Below are positions 26,691-38,740 of a DNA stretch of 64,000 nucleotides, piece after piece; the first letter of the stretch is position 1; every line of letters starts with the position of its first letter. The position numbers and the translations under genes are program-made. This DNA comes from Octopus sinensis. Taxonomy: Eukaryota. The notes below the pieces were generated by a model, which did no database searches, was not told the origin of the DNA, and saw only the letters and a program-made list of their open reading frames with translations. The stretch covers positions 5,766,001 to 5,830,000 of the forward strand of contig NC_043004.1 of the NCBI RefSeq assembly GCF_006345805.1. The letters run 5' to 3'.

Positions 26691-27329
26691 CTGAAATGTA
26701 CAGTATTATATATCCATAACAGCTGATCTTACCAATCAATTTCACACAAGGAATACAATGGAGTGTTAGGTAACAGTCTGATTATATAACCTTACACTCG
26801 TCAGAGTTAGCCAATATGGAAAGGAAAATAGTGGCTACTCTTTTTGGTGACTACTCTATATTGTCAGAGGTGGATTAACACAACCAGTTTGTGGTTACTA
26901 TGGAAAAGGTGGTGAAATGGTATGCTGTGATCTTGAAGTGTTTGTAAGGAACGTGTGCATTAAGTGTGGTACTCATGTAGGGATGTGTGATATGTGTAGT
27001 GATGTCATGTGCATAATTTTTTTCCGGGGGTGTAGGTGTATATAGTTGTTTGTTTGTCTGTTTTCTTTCTGTATTGGTTAAGATCAAGGAGGGTTTTATG
27101 TTAGTGTGCAGTGTGTAATATATGTGTGGAGATACAATGTGTGTGAAGGGGTATATGTTGGGGGTGGTAGGAGACAATCTATTTTGTTGGGTGTGCATGT
27201 GTGTACATGGGTGCATTAGTGTGTGCTTTGGTCAAACTCTTTGCTGGGCCCAAGGGCATTGTTGGAAGGTCAAGGCTGGGGACCTGTAGTTGCAGTCATG
27301 GTGGGGCCTGCAGGTCTGATAGGATTACT

Positions 27330-28380
27330 TCCTTTCATGTGGGCAAGGATGAAACCTGCTATCCGGGTACCCTTTAAAATTGCTCTCTTCTCAGCCAGGC
27401 ACAACCTGCACTTTATGCTGTACTCTGTGGCATTTTCTTTCAAAGACCAAACATGCTAGGTTAGGGTTGTGACATTACGTCACTCCAGGATGTTGAAGGA
27501 GGACTTGTGGTCATTAAAGTGGGTTCTGAATAGTCTTCTGTTGCCCCCACAAACTTCTGCACACTAGGTTGCTCATTGGGTCCTATGGCTGTTACCTCTG
27601 CTTTGTATACAACTGTTTCTGTATTACAGTGTCTGTTTAATGGACAAATTGTGTTACTCCTGCATGAGCATCCTGCCTCTGCTTCAGGTTTAGGCCTACC
27701 TACTAAAATCTTTTTTACACTAGGTTCACAGCTAAAGGATATTCTCAGGGTATGTCTATTAAATATTTTGTTGAATCTATTAGTATGGGGGAAGTGTTTA
27801 TAAACTAAACTAAAGAAATCTTACCTTCTCTGGTCTTAACATTTAAATAGAAGGGTGGTTTGAACCACAGCACTTTCTGATGGTGCTTTCTCTTGATGGG
27901 GTTAAAGTCTGGCATGTAACTAATACTATCCTTGAAACCGCTGGCAGCCAGAGCCCAGTTGCAGTACGGAGCAATAACATCCAAGATCTCTTTGCTTGAA
28001 GACCAGCTGGAGATTCTCCTGCTGACAACCTTAACCAGGTTTCTGAACACTATGGCTGGATGGCAGGAACCTGTGTCAATGTATGAAAGCTTCTCATTTG
28101 GTTTCCTAAAGGGTCTATAGGCACTAGATTCTAGATCCAGGGTCACATCAAGGAAATCTACTGTTTTCAGGTTGGTTCCTATTGTGACCTTCAGTCCAAG
28201 AGAGTTCATGGTGAGGTTCTTTCTGAGCCTATCTAGTATCTGGCCATTAGCCCCTCTTGATATTGCCAGCACAGCATCTCTGTAGAGGCCAAAGCAAGTT
28301 GAAGGGAATTTCTTTTTTAGTATATCTAGGATGAAGAGACCAATCAGGTCACATACATCAGCACTGTCGAAGGCACCCAT
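27330..28380 (-). mobile_element. Decayed, 5'-truncated Penelope-like element (RT C-half plus C-terminal GIY-YIG endonuclease)
   Basis: RT motifs MGAFDS, GLYRDA (catalytic DD lost), DFLDVTLDL, CHP and WFKPP. After a frameshift near 27810 come KHFP..NKIFNRHTLRISFSC, GCSCR..CPL..C, VVYKAEV and CRLCLAEK, with stops. Non-coding 3' part may extend to about 26760. Confidence 0.85.
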
Positions 28381-28991
28381 CCATCCATCTATTTTTATTT
28401 ATTTATTTATTTATATAAAGCTGAAATATTCAACATTTTAACTTATGTTATATCTCTCAAAATTGGTAAATTCTTATGAAGTAAACAACATGCAATTTCA
28501 CTGGTAAGAACAGGCTTCTAAAATGGATGAAGAATTTTAAAAGATTGCTTTAGTATGATGGTAAAATGTCTGTCATTTACAGAAGATATCAAGTCCCACA
28601 AGCAGCCTTTGATTTTTTTTCTATCCAAGGGGCTTCAATATATTTATACTATTATCTACAGCTTTATCTACTTAAAGTTCCCTTCTTAAAAATTATTTAT
28701 TTCACATCTGTCAAAGTTTCTATATTCTTATGATGTAAACAATATACAATTTTTGTTGGTAAGAACAAAGCTTCTGAAATAGATGGAAAAAATTCAAAGA
28801 ATTGCTTTGGTTTCATGGTAGTGCACCTGTCATGTTTATGGAAGATGTAAGTTTGGTTCCCAGCTGCATCCTTCAACTTTTCCACCCAGGACTTTTTTTT
28901 AACCAATTTATCTACATGCTATTATTTATAGCATTATCTGCTTCAAGTTACACCATTAAAACTGATTATTTTTATTTTATATTTTTTTCAG

Positions 28992-29053
28992 TGCAACGGT
29001 TTCCAAAGAAGTGCAATGTCTTCTGTCACCTTCCATAGAAGACGAAGACAATT
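28992..29053 (+). CDS. CAP-Gly gene exon (ATVSKEVQCLLSPSIEDEDN)
   Basis: tttttttcag acceptor and T|gtaagt donor; phases 2 to 1 fit both neighbours. Confidence 0.8.
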
Positions 29054-29848
29054 GTAAGTTGTTGAAACACTTCTGTTTTCCTCACTCAACACATCTATAT
29101 TTCCTTTGTTATTAGCATAAACTAACATAAAATTTAGATAAAGTATGATCATGGTATCTTGTAATATTTAACTGATCTGTAAATTTCACGTTGATGTTGC
29201 AATTTCTTGCTTTAAGTTCTTATAGGAAGAATTTGATATAAAACTCTTTCAACACAGCAACATAGATATCATGCTATGAAACGTGGTTATGTCGAGTCAT
29301 ATCTAATATGTTTGTGTATGAAAGACCATACACTGCATGAGTTGTCTTGAGAGAAAAAAATTTTCCTTTAGGACAATATGGGTGTAAACACACCACTGGA
29401 CCATGAATGACGTCACCAGACTGTAGGACAATAAGGTAAATGAGAGCTGGTCACACTTAATAGCAAATGCTACATTTACTGATGTGCAAAAAGCTTTGTC
29501 CAGCTGGAATATATTATCAATCAGAGGTGCACTGGGCTGCATTGAAGGAAATACATTCAGACATTTCAAATGTGACTGCACATAATTATATTTCATCCAA
29601 CACTGCTTAGTACACTTCTAATTAATTCATTCCAGCTAAACAAAGCTTTGTAACTCTTAAACAAGCAATATGGAGATAGTTTTAAATGTACTAATTATAG
29701 CAATTTGGTCTGTTTGGGACATTATTGTTATTTCTACCTGAGTGAAATAGTAAATGAAATTCAAATTTAAAAAGGCTTATCTTCCATTGTACTTGATTTT
29801 TTTGTTATTGTTTGACTTATGATTCATAATTTTCTTTATTAATTTCAG

Positions 29849-29937
29849 ATAGTCAATCAAGTCAAAAGTTAGCTGAAAATCTTGCTGAGGCTTTACAAGA
29901 AATTGAAATATTAAAAAGAAAGATAAAAGAATTAGAA
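29849..29937 (+). CDS. CAP-Gly gene exon, coiled coil (SQKLAENLAEALQEIEILKRKIKELE)
   Basis: aatttcag acceptor, GAA|gtaagt donor, heptad pattern. Confidence 0.85.
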
Positions 29938-30078
29938 GTAAGTTTGCTTGTTTGAAACTCCTGTTATTATCGATGCCCGACCCCCAACCCCCTTGGTATG
30001 ATAGCACCATTATTGTTATCACTTACAGAAGGTTGTCTTTAAATTGATCACTGACCAGTGATGGTCAAGGTTTTAGGT

Positions 30079-30910
30079 ACAGGAGTGGATGTAGTTAAAA
30101 AGCTTGCTTTGCAACCTTGTGGATTCAGGTTCAGTTCCACTACATGGCACCTTGGCTAAATGTCTTCTACTATAGCCTGAAGCCGACCAATACCTTGTGA
30201 GTGAATTTGGTTGATGGAAATTGTGTGGAAGCCTGCTGTATATCATCATCATTGTTTAACGTCTGCTTTCCATGCCGGCATGGGTTGGACTGTTTGACAT
30301 GGAGCTGGCTAGCTGGGAGCTTTCCAGACTCTGTCTGTTGTGGCATGGTTTCTACGGCTTATATATATGTATATGTATATGTGGAGGCGCAATGGCCCAG
30401 TGGCGCAGTCATAGGATCGTGGTTTCGATTCCCAGATCGGGCGTTGTGAGTGTTTATTGAGCGAAAACACCTAAAGCTCCAAGAGGCTCTGGCAGGGGGT
30501 GGTGGCGATCCCTGCTGTACTCTTTCGCCACAACTTTCTCTCACTCTTTCTTCTGTTGGCCTGCTCGTTTAGCCAGCGGAGTGGTGTCATCTGAAGGCTA
30601 AAACAGTGTGAAGCGCATTGTGACCAGCGATGTGTAGCAACATCTGATAGCCTGGTCAGTCATGGTGATATATATATATATATATATATAAAGTATGTGT
30701 GTGTCTGATTTTTGTTTGTGTTTGTCCTCCCACCACCATTTGACAACTGGTATTGGTTTGTAAACTTAGCAGTTTGGTAAAGGAGACTGAAAGAATAGCC
30801 ACCAAACCTTAAAAGAAGTACTAGAGTGGGGTCAATTTGTTCAATTAAATCCTTTGAAGTCATGCTCCAGCATGGCCACAGTCTAATGAACGAAACAAGT
30901 AAAAATAAAA
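30079..30910 (+). mobile_element. Nested SINE cluster: family A split by family C (30242-30358) and family D (30383-30669)
   Basis: A head at 30079-30240 and A tail at 30690-30910, with the other two elements lying inside A's internal TA tract. Confidence 0.8.
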
Positions 30911-30987
30911 AGAAAGGGAAAAGAAGAGTTTTATTTGTTGCAAGCTTAATAACGTCCTCTGCCATTTGCATTTGTATCTCTCTCCAG

Positions 30988-31229
30988 ACGAATCAACTCT
31001 CATCTCAACCAGCAGAGCAGCCTTCATTTATCACCTCACCACCGCCAGCTGCTGTCCAAATTGTACAACCCATTCCCAGTATGTCAGTTCCCATCAAAGA
31101 TTCTCAGGAGGAGCCTGATGTGATGATTGTCAAAGGAAGAGTAAAAGAACAAGTGAAGATTTTTGGACGTCAGTGCTCTCCTTTGCAATCTCAGCAAGAT
31201 TTGACTTCCACCCCAAGTTTGGTAAATGG
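30988..31229 (+). CDS. CAP-Gly gene exon, Pro/Gln-rich (TNQLSSQPAE...PSLVNG)
   Basis: ctctctccag acceptor, GG|gtaagt donor, phases 0 to 2. Confidence 0.85.
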
Positions 31230-31402
31230 GTAAGTGATAAAACTTAAAGAGATGTTGATGATAATAATAATAATAATAATAATAAATAATAATAAGAGCA
31301 TCATCGCTGTGAAAACAACATCCATTCATGAATTTATTTATTTATTAATTTTTTAAATATATATTTTATCTGCGAATTTGCGTGTGTAATCTGGGAATGC
31401 TT

Positions 31403-31475
31403 ACAATGAGCTTCTCTGCCCTAGGTGTATGGAAAACACTCATTGAGAAACGGAAGAAAATTTGAAGAAAGAAGG
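31403..31475 (+). mobile_element. Short 3'-terminal copy of the R4/Dong-like element
   Basis: atgagcttctctgccctaggtgtatggaaaacactc...agaaacggaagaaaatttgaa aligns with the 3' UTR at 23741-23810 and is followed directly by (AAT)n. Confidence 0.7.
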
Positions 31476-31509
31476 AATAATAATAATAATAATAATAATA
31501 GTAATAGTA

Positions 31510-31720
31510 ATAATAATTTTGTCACAAGGGCAGCCATTTTGGGGAGGGTATGAGTCAATTTCATCAACCACCCCAGTGTTTCACTGGTGCTTAATTTATC
31601 AACCCTGAAAAGATGAGAGGCAAAGTTGACCTTGGTGGAATTTGAACTCATAACATAGCGACAGGCTAAATACTGCTAAGCATTTCGTCCAGCACACTAA
31701 CGATTCTACCTGCTCACCAC
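31510..31720 (-). mobile_element. SINE family B
   Basis: Reverse-complement consensus match. Confidence 0.8.
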
Positions 31721-31721
31721 C

Positions 31722-31723
<2 letters not shown>

Positions 31724-31754
<31 letters not shown>

Positions 31755-31782
31755 GTAATAGTAATAATAATAATGATAATGA

Positions 31783-31814
<32 letters not shown>

Positions 31815-31816
31815 AT
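31724..31816. repeat. (AAT)n/(AGT)n microsatellite
   Basis: Seen directly. Confidence 0.9.
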
Positions 31817-32763
31817 TGTGATAAAGATATAATGAAAAGTAAGAAGGGATTCTAGCTTTTAACATCTCCAGAATCCTGGTCCAAAATTCCCAAAATTAGA
31901 TTAAAATATTTATATCACTAAATAATTTATGTTGTTAGTTACCTTTAAAATAGTATCTCATGTTCTAGAATTTTCATGAGAGATTATCTTTTATCATTAA
32001 ACTCTTGTTCTATAGTCAATTTTTAACCATGATCACTAACCCCTAGACATTAATATCTCAGGCTCTAGGACTCTTAGAGCTGGTTACCCAGTTTCCATGA
32101 TGCATAATTTACCAATATCACTACATTCCTCCAAAAGGGACACTAGTATGTCCCTGGGTTGTTACTTATTTACAGTTGAGTAGACTGGAGCAATGCTAAA
32201 TGAAGTGTTTTACTCAAGAATATAATGCACCACTTGGTTCAGGAATTGAAACCTCAATCTTGCTATTGTGAGTGCAACATCATAACCACCCTGCCACATG
32301 TCTTCACTTTTAAGGGTTACTTAATATGTTAACCATCATCTGTACTGCTAGTGGTTCATCACAAACTTCACATAACCACCATATTCACCACCAGTGATAA
32401 ATTTTCATAATTTGAGAAAATATTTTATTTTCTATCTTCAGCATGGCTTCAAGGATATTTAAATAACATGAATGCTAAATGTTAAAGTCTATTTATGAAA
32501 TAATTGTAAAACTGCCAAAAGATTGCATTTCCTTATAATTAAACAGTATGCTGTATGACTGCACAAAATGCATGGTGACACTGGAAGGTTCCAGTAACAG
32601 GCTATGGCAGTTAACGTGTTAAAAACCCAGTTTTAAACTGATATCCCTAACACCATGAATAAGCGGCAATGATGCTAAAAAAAAAAGTGTATTCCGAAGG
32701 GAGGTAACCTGCAGACAGGCTTGCATCTTTTACTTATTTTTCAATTATTTTGTTGTATTTTAG

Positions 32764-32928
32764 ATCTCGAAAAGTTTGCCCTGCTGTTCCTAAGAAACCA
32801 GTGCGGAATCCATTTGCTTGTCCTTTGCCATTATGTAAATGTGAGTCTTGTATGCAGGCAGTTGCAACTGCTGGTTCTGATGGAAGATTGCCTACAACAG
32901 ATCAACTGATTCGGTCCTACCCTGTGAG
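32764..32928 (+). CDS. CAP-Gly gene exon with Cys-rich motif CPLPLCKCESC
   Basis: tattttag acceptor, AG|gtaggt donor, phases 2 to 2. Confidence 0.85.
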
Positions 32929-32949
32929 GTAGGTTCATAACAAATGTAT

Positions 32950-32985
<36 letters not shown>

Positions 32986-33870
32986 TTAATAATAATAATA
33001 TAATAATAATAATAATAGACGGTGACGGCGACGGCACAGAACAATGAAACCCAGCTGTAATTGGTTCTGACTTCAATTATCCATTATTTTCTCACCCATT
33101 ACAATTATAGTAAACCAGACTCTTCTTGCTGAATATGCAATTAGAAACTCATCCTATAAACAGAATCATCTTTGAATAGTTTTATTGTTGAAGTTTTAAT
33201 TTATTCTCCTCTTTATGTTATTCTATGAAAATCTTGAAATGAAAAAGTCCAAAAAATATGATTGTTTTTTTTTTCTTTTGTCTATTTTTGGCATTTCACA
33301 ACACCAGGTGTGACATTTTCCAATGAATTGTATGAAAATAAAATATTTTATCCCTTACATGCCATAGAAATAGTATTAAATTAAAATTTCCATCTGTATA
33401 TCATACTTAATGTATATACACCATTGAAAGGCAAATTCACTGCAGTATTTTTCCAGAAATAACATGTTAAAGATGTACTTTGTTTAAAAACAATACATAT
33501 TGGAGAGGGAGACGAAAATTGACGCCAAATGCATTTTTGGCCACAGTGAGCTTTGTTGATGGCATTTACTCACAGCCAGCTGCATGCTAAAATGAGGTTT
33601 GTTGCCTCTGATATATAGGAAAACAGGGAAAAAACATTCACTAGTATTGCGGGGCCAAAATGCATCTAACATTGTTGTTTGCTGCTGCTGAAATGATTTG
33701 CATCTGCCTCCATCATATATTATGTTTATACAAACAGTGCGTCCATAAAAGATGTTATTTCTGCACAAATACTGCAGCAAATTTGCCTATTGAGATGTAT
33801 TTACATTAAATAAGATATATAAATGACTCTTTCAAATTATTTTAAAATTTTCTTTTTTCTTTTTTTTCAG

Positions 33871-34007
33871 TCCAACGCTACATGTCCGATTAAATGACCA
33901 TATTATGGTACGTGGAAACCGGACAGGACATATCCGTTACATTGGTCATCTTGATAAGATGGATTCAGCAAATACAGTGTTTATTGGTTTGGAACTTGAT
34001 GCCCCAG
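33871..34007 (+). CDS. CAP-Gly domain, N-half (VRGNRTGHIRYIG...VFIGLELDAP)
   Basis: G.IRYIG and .GLELD are CAP-Gly motifs; strong acceptor and G|gtaaaa donor. Confidence 0.93.
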
Positions 34008-34429
34008 GTAAAAGCTTTGCTCTTTTCTACCCCTTCTCTACTCTCAAAAGACTAGTTTGTGTGTGTGAGATAGAGAGAGAGAGAGTGTTTGGTGTAGGCA
34101 TGGCAGTCAGATTAAAAACTGCTTTACAACCACATAGTGATAAATTGGCAGTGTTTGTGGAACATCAGACAAAATGCTTTGCAGGATTTATTCCAGCTGC
34201 TTTTTATATTCTGAATTCAAAACCTTCTGAAGCCAACTTCCAGAGCCAACAAATAATGTACTTGTCTTGAGCAGGGCCACCACAAAGTCTAGTTATTGTT
34301 GTGGTATGGTGGTTTGTGTGTCTTAAAGACCTTGAGAGTTTATGCCAGTAAAGTACAAGCTCCTGATAGAGCCTCCCATCTTCCATGCTGGACAGGTCAA
34401 AGTATAGTGGCCAGACTAATATTGACCAC

Positions 34430-34650
34430 CTCTTCTCTAGCTGACACTCCTACTGAGAAGAAAAGAAAAGTTTCAAACACAACAACAATTGAAAAGTTGG
34501 GAGAAGAAGGCCTTCCTTTGAGGAAGACAGAATCATGAGTCAGAGCTGAAAAGGCTGGGAACTGGAGAGAAACATAAAAGACAGCCCTGAGCTGAGAACA
34601 ATAGCAAAAGATTGTTGAGGTTGTATGATCCACAAAAGGAGCAAATGGGT
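34430..34650 (+). mobile_element. RTE-clade LINE 3' remnant
   Basis: gagctgaaaaggctggga...aaaagacagccc...ggagcaaatggg matches the 22600-22770 copy in reverse. Confidence 0.5.
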
Positions 34651-35097
34651 TTACTCTTGTGGTATTTCCTCCAGCTATTTGTGTTCTGAGTTCAAATCCC
34701 ACTCTGGCTCACTTCGGAGGGTTTAATCTGTCACTTGGTTTTATCGCCCCCACTTGACATCTTGGATACCTTTAATAGAGTTTGCTCTGCTGCAAACATT
34801 GATGCCAAATTTTATAGTCTGGGAATACTACTTTCCTTCCTCTCACCCACCCCCATCATTCTCAGAGACCTTGAAACAAAAACCCATGGGTATTGTCATT
34901 CTTTCCTGATTAAACAATATAAAATAAATCAGTTACAGGTTCAATCCCATTGCATAGTACCTAAGTGTCTTCTGTCAGTATATAAGAGTTCCCACAGACA
35001 GCCAGTCTTAAACTCCTCTGTGATGGCCTGCAGGACTACAATAAATAAGAGAGGACTGAGAACTGCACCTTGATGGATTCCTACCTTCACACTAAAT

Positions 35098-35240
35098 TCA
35101 TTTGCTGATTCTCACTTTACTTGTGGCATCCTTATACACGGCTTGTACAACCCTCACAAGCCAGTTTTCGACACTTAGTTTCCTCAGTGATGAGCAAATT
35201 TCTGAACATTGTACCTTGTCAAATGCTTTCTCTACGGAAG
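35098..35240 (-). mobile_element. RTE-type reverse transcriptase fragment
   Basis: EKAFDKV...SLRKLSVENWLVRVVQAVYKDATSKVR is typical of the LINE RT KAFD region. Confidence 0.7.
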
Positions 35241-35579
35241 TTGTACAAATGCTAGCATTGTGTGTGTGTGTGCACATGTATGTTTGTGTCATTTTAAAAG
35301 ACATGTAGTTCATAAAAAAGATATAACACTGCAAAAGAATGAAGCTCAGGTAAACTTAACCATTTAGTATATATAAAGATGAATAAAATATATATGAGAA
35401 AAATTACTGAGAGCAATATAACTGACTGAAAAAGAAGAGAAATCTGTGGTAGCAGTGCTCCAGCATGGGTCATTGAAACCAGTAGAAGCATATCAGTTCA
35501 TAAAGTAAATTCTCTACCAATATATTTTGAATTTCATTCTGTTCAATGTCCCCATAATCTTTCTCTTTTTTTTTTCCAG

Positions 35580-35683
35580 TTGGGGTCAACGACGGCTTTT
35601 TCAGTGGAAAAAGATACTTTGAATGTCTAAAAGATTATGGTATGTTTGTCACCTTCAATGAGGTTGTTTGCTTGGTTAAAAAG
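35580..35683 (+). CDS. CAP-Gly domain, C-half (GVNDGFFSGKRYFECLKDYGMFV)
   Basis: GxNDG...G.RYF.C...G.FV signature; ccag acceptor and AAG|gtaatt donor. Confidence 0.95.
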
Positions 35684-35809
35684 GTAATTTGTCACAAGGT
35701 GGCTGCTGCTGCTGTTATATTCTTCTTTCTTTTCACTGTTTTCTTTCATTCACTCATTGTTTTCACTCCTTTCCCTAAGTGCCTCTCATTTATGGACCCA
35801 TTGTATATC

Positions 35810-36080
35810 ATCATCATCATTTAACAACAGTTTCCATGTTGGCATGGGTTGAACAGTGTGACAGGGCCTGGCAAGACCAGGAGCTGTGCCAGGTTTCATT
35901 GCCTGTTTTGGCATGGTCTCTACAGCTGAATGCTATTCCTCATGCCAACCACCTTACAAAGTTACCAGGTGCTTTTTATGTGGTAACAGCACAGGTGCTC
36001 CTTATGTGGTACCAGCACAGTTGCTTTTTACATGGCACCAGCATAGCTGTTTTTTATGTGGCACAAGCTCACAAAACAAG
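35810..36080 (+). mobile_element. SINE family C
   Basis: Consensus match with tandem ggcacc/accagcac repeats at the end. Confidence 0.75.
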
Positions 36081-36184
36081 GATCTCTCAGCTGAGAAAGT
36101 GAGAGGAGTGGGAGAAATTATAAAAACAGTTTGTCAATGATTCTCTGTTACACCTCTTCCAAACATGTAATACATTCCCAGATG

Positions 36185-36605
36185 TGTGGCTGTGTGGTTG
36201 GGTAGTTTGTTTCCCACCATGTGATCTCAAGTTTAGTCCCACTGTGTGGCACCTTGGACAAGTGTCTTTTACTATAGCCTTGGACCAACCAAAGTTTTGA
36301 GTAAATTTGGTAGATGGAAACTGAAAGAAGCCTAATGTGTGTGTGTACTCTTGTCTTGGCATCTTGCAATGATTGTAAACAACCATCACCATCATACAAG
36401 TGATGTCGCTTGTTTTCAGTCTCCTGTGAGAAACATGTCTGGCAATATTCTGCAAAAACATATCAGGCTATAGGGAAATATTACCTTGCTTGGAGACAGG
36501 TGACGATTGGCAACAGGAAGAGAATATGGCTGTAGAAAATCTACCTAAAAAAATTCCATTTCACTGATGCAAGCAAGCATGAAAAGTGAACATTAAAATG
36601 ATGAT
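36185..36605 (+). mobile_element. SINE with family A head and family E tail
   Basis: tggctgtgtgg...agtcccactgtgtggcaccttgg head; gggaaatattaccttgcttggagacagg tail ending atgatgat. Confidence 0.7.
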
Positions 36606-36826
36606 CACACACACACACACACACACAGCTACCTAAGTACCTAAAACACATATGTTCTTAAATTTCTTTATATTTAATGAAAATACAGTTTGAAATAGTT
36701 TCATGAGTTCAATTACTATACCAATTACACTGATTCCCTCTGTAAAAATATCATTCTATCATTCTTCTTACTCTGCCATTGATTTCTCCATTTATTGTAA
36801 ACATAATGTTAATTTTTTGTTTTTAG

Positions 36827-36993
36827 GTTTCCAGTATTAAACAAGCTTTAGGTATGTCTGTTCCAAGCAAAGAAGCTTCTGAGCCCCTGTGCAATTCAGG
36901 CGCTGATATTTTGGACCAATTCTCGTGTAGAAAAACTAGAGTAAAAAATGACAGCAATGAGGTAGAGATTGAAGAGCAAGTAGCACTTTTAAG
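36827..36993 (+). CDS. CAP-Gly gene exon (VSSIKQALG...EQVALL)
   Basis: tttttag acceptor, AG|gtaaga donor, phases 0 to 2. Confidence 0.85.
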
Positions 36994-38086
36994 GTAAGAA
37001 TCAATAATCTGACATCATTACTAAGAAACTAAGTTTGTTTTAGGAAATATCAAAAGTGATTTTCAGGAACCAAAAAGAAAAACCAAATAGACATATATGT
37101 TAAGTAGTTTTACACTGTAAGGAAGAAACAAAGAAGAGTTGAGAATTTAAAGGCAATATTAACAGCATTAGCAGCATGGTGAATGCATGAATAGAAAACA
37201 GAAACTAATAAAAGGGAATGCTTTTCAGCCAAAAGCAGGGTTATCAGTCAAGGGAGACAATGAGTAATACAGTATTGAATGAGTATGATGAAATGTTAAA
37301 GAAAGCAAAATAGGAGAGTTCTGTTTCTCAGCAGAGGAGAGCTTAGTCAAGGGAAATAATAAGTAAAAACTACGTGAATGGGTGATAGTGTACATTTTTT
37401 TTATCAAGAATGTTCCTTATACATGTCGGTAGATGAATATGAAAGATAGCTTAGAGCAGAGCGCTCTATTATCTCCCTTGACTTAACCTCTCTTCTGCTG
37501 AGAGACATAATTTCTCTTTGTTTACCTTGCTATTATACACTCCCCACCTGCTTACCTTATTGTCCCTCTTAACTGATAAACTTTTTTGGCTACAAGACAC
37601 CATCACCTCCTACCGCTTTCATCAATCGTTTAGTCAGTCACTTAGTGAATTATTCTGCAACATTATAACACACATCTGGCTTAATCTGTAACATTACGAC
37701 ACACATTGCTTTCACAGAACTTGCTGACCAGTTTTTCTTGCCTGTCTCTTTCTGACTGTAAATTTATTGCCCTTTACTCGCCTTTTTTTTTTTTTTTTTG
37801 GTGGTGGTGGTAGGGAGGGATTCCTAAACAATATTTTGATATTTTGCTCAATGATGCTGATCTCATCTCCATATTATATAGAATTTGAACTTTTAGAAGT
37901 TATCAGAATTAAAAATAAAAGTAGTTATATGTTAGTTTAAGGATACTCCATAAAAGAAAAATCAGGAAATGAAAATTTCCTTTTTGTAGAAAATAAGACA
38001 AAATCCTGGCTGTTGTTAGTAACTCTCAAAGATAATTTACATAATGAGGGGAAGTCTAGTCTCTTTTTTCTTTTTTTTACTTGCAG

Positions 38087-38153
38087 GATATCTATGAGCA
38101 TGTTTCATTCTACTAAACCTTATCAGTCTATTCAAGCCTGCCTAATCAATTAG
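38087..38153 (+). CDS. CAP-Gly gene terminal coding exon (RISMSMFHSTKPYQSIQACLIN*)
   Basis: Long polypyrimidine tract plus gcag; phase 2; TAG followed by TAA. Confidence 0.7.
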
Positions 38154-38740
38154 TAACAAAGATTATTCTGAGAAAAGGTTTTCTAAATGAGTTTCAGTCA
38201 GTTTGAATTGTGTAATTAAAAGATGTTGTGAAATAATTAGGAGTTATTTCCCTTTACTCATTCTTTTTATTTTATAATTATGCAAATTACACTGGCTAAA
38301 AACTATACTTATCCTTTTTTTCTGTGTAAAAATTTTTGCCTCAAGTAGTTGAGGTTATAATTATGAGGCCATATAGACCAAAAGCATATCCATAGATTGT
38401 CCCTTGCTTACAAAGATCAGGCTTTTCCATAGCTTCTAGATTGAATTAGAGAAAGTAATTCTTGAAAATTATTTCCCTTCCTTTGATGGTCACTAAAAAT
38501 AATTTCTATTAAAAAATTTTTCACGTGACATTCAGTACGCTTTTTATGTATCTAAATTCATACCATTTCCCTTAAGTTAAGTTATATATATTAGTTAACA
38601 TTTGAACAAAGAGTTTATCATTGTTCCTTCAAGTTAAGAATTGTTGAACCACAATGGATGTTTTGACTCTCTTTTCATATACATCCATTTTCCCTTTGCT
38701 ATGTATCCAAACTTAATTTTTAAATAAATAAATAACTTTA

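Noticed and set aside
26740-26815. Hammerhead at the PLE 3' side (minus-strand CTGACGA followed by a hairpin)
   Set aside because: No GAAA follows the hairpin directly and stem I/III could not be built
34296-34538. 80-aa ORF inside the CAP-Gly domain intron as a coding exon
   Set aside because: It would split the CAP-Gly domain, and the sequence matches a decayed RTE LINE tail
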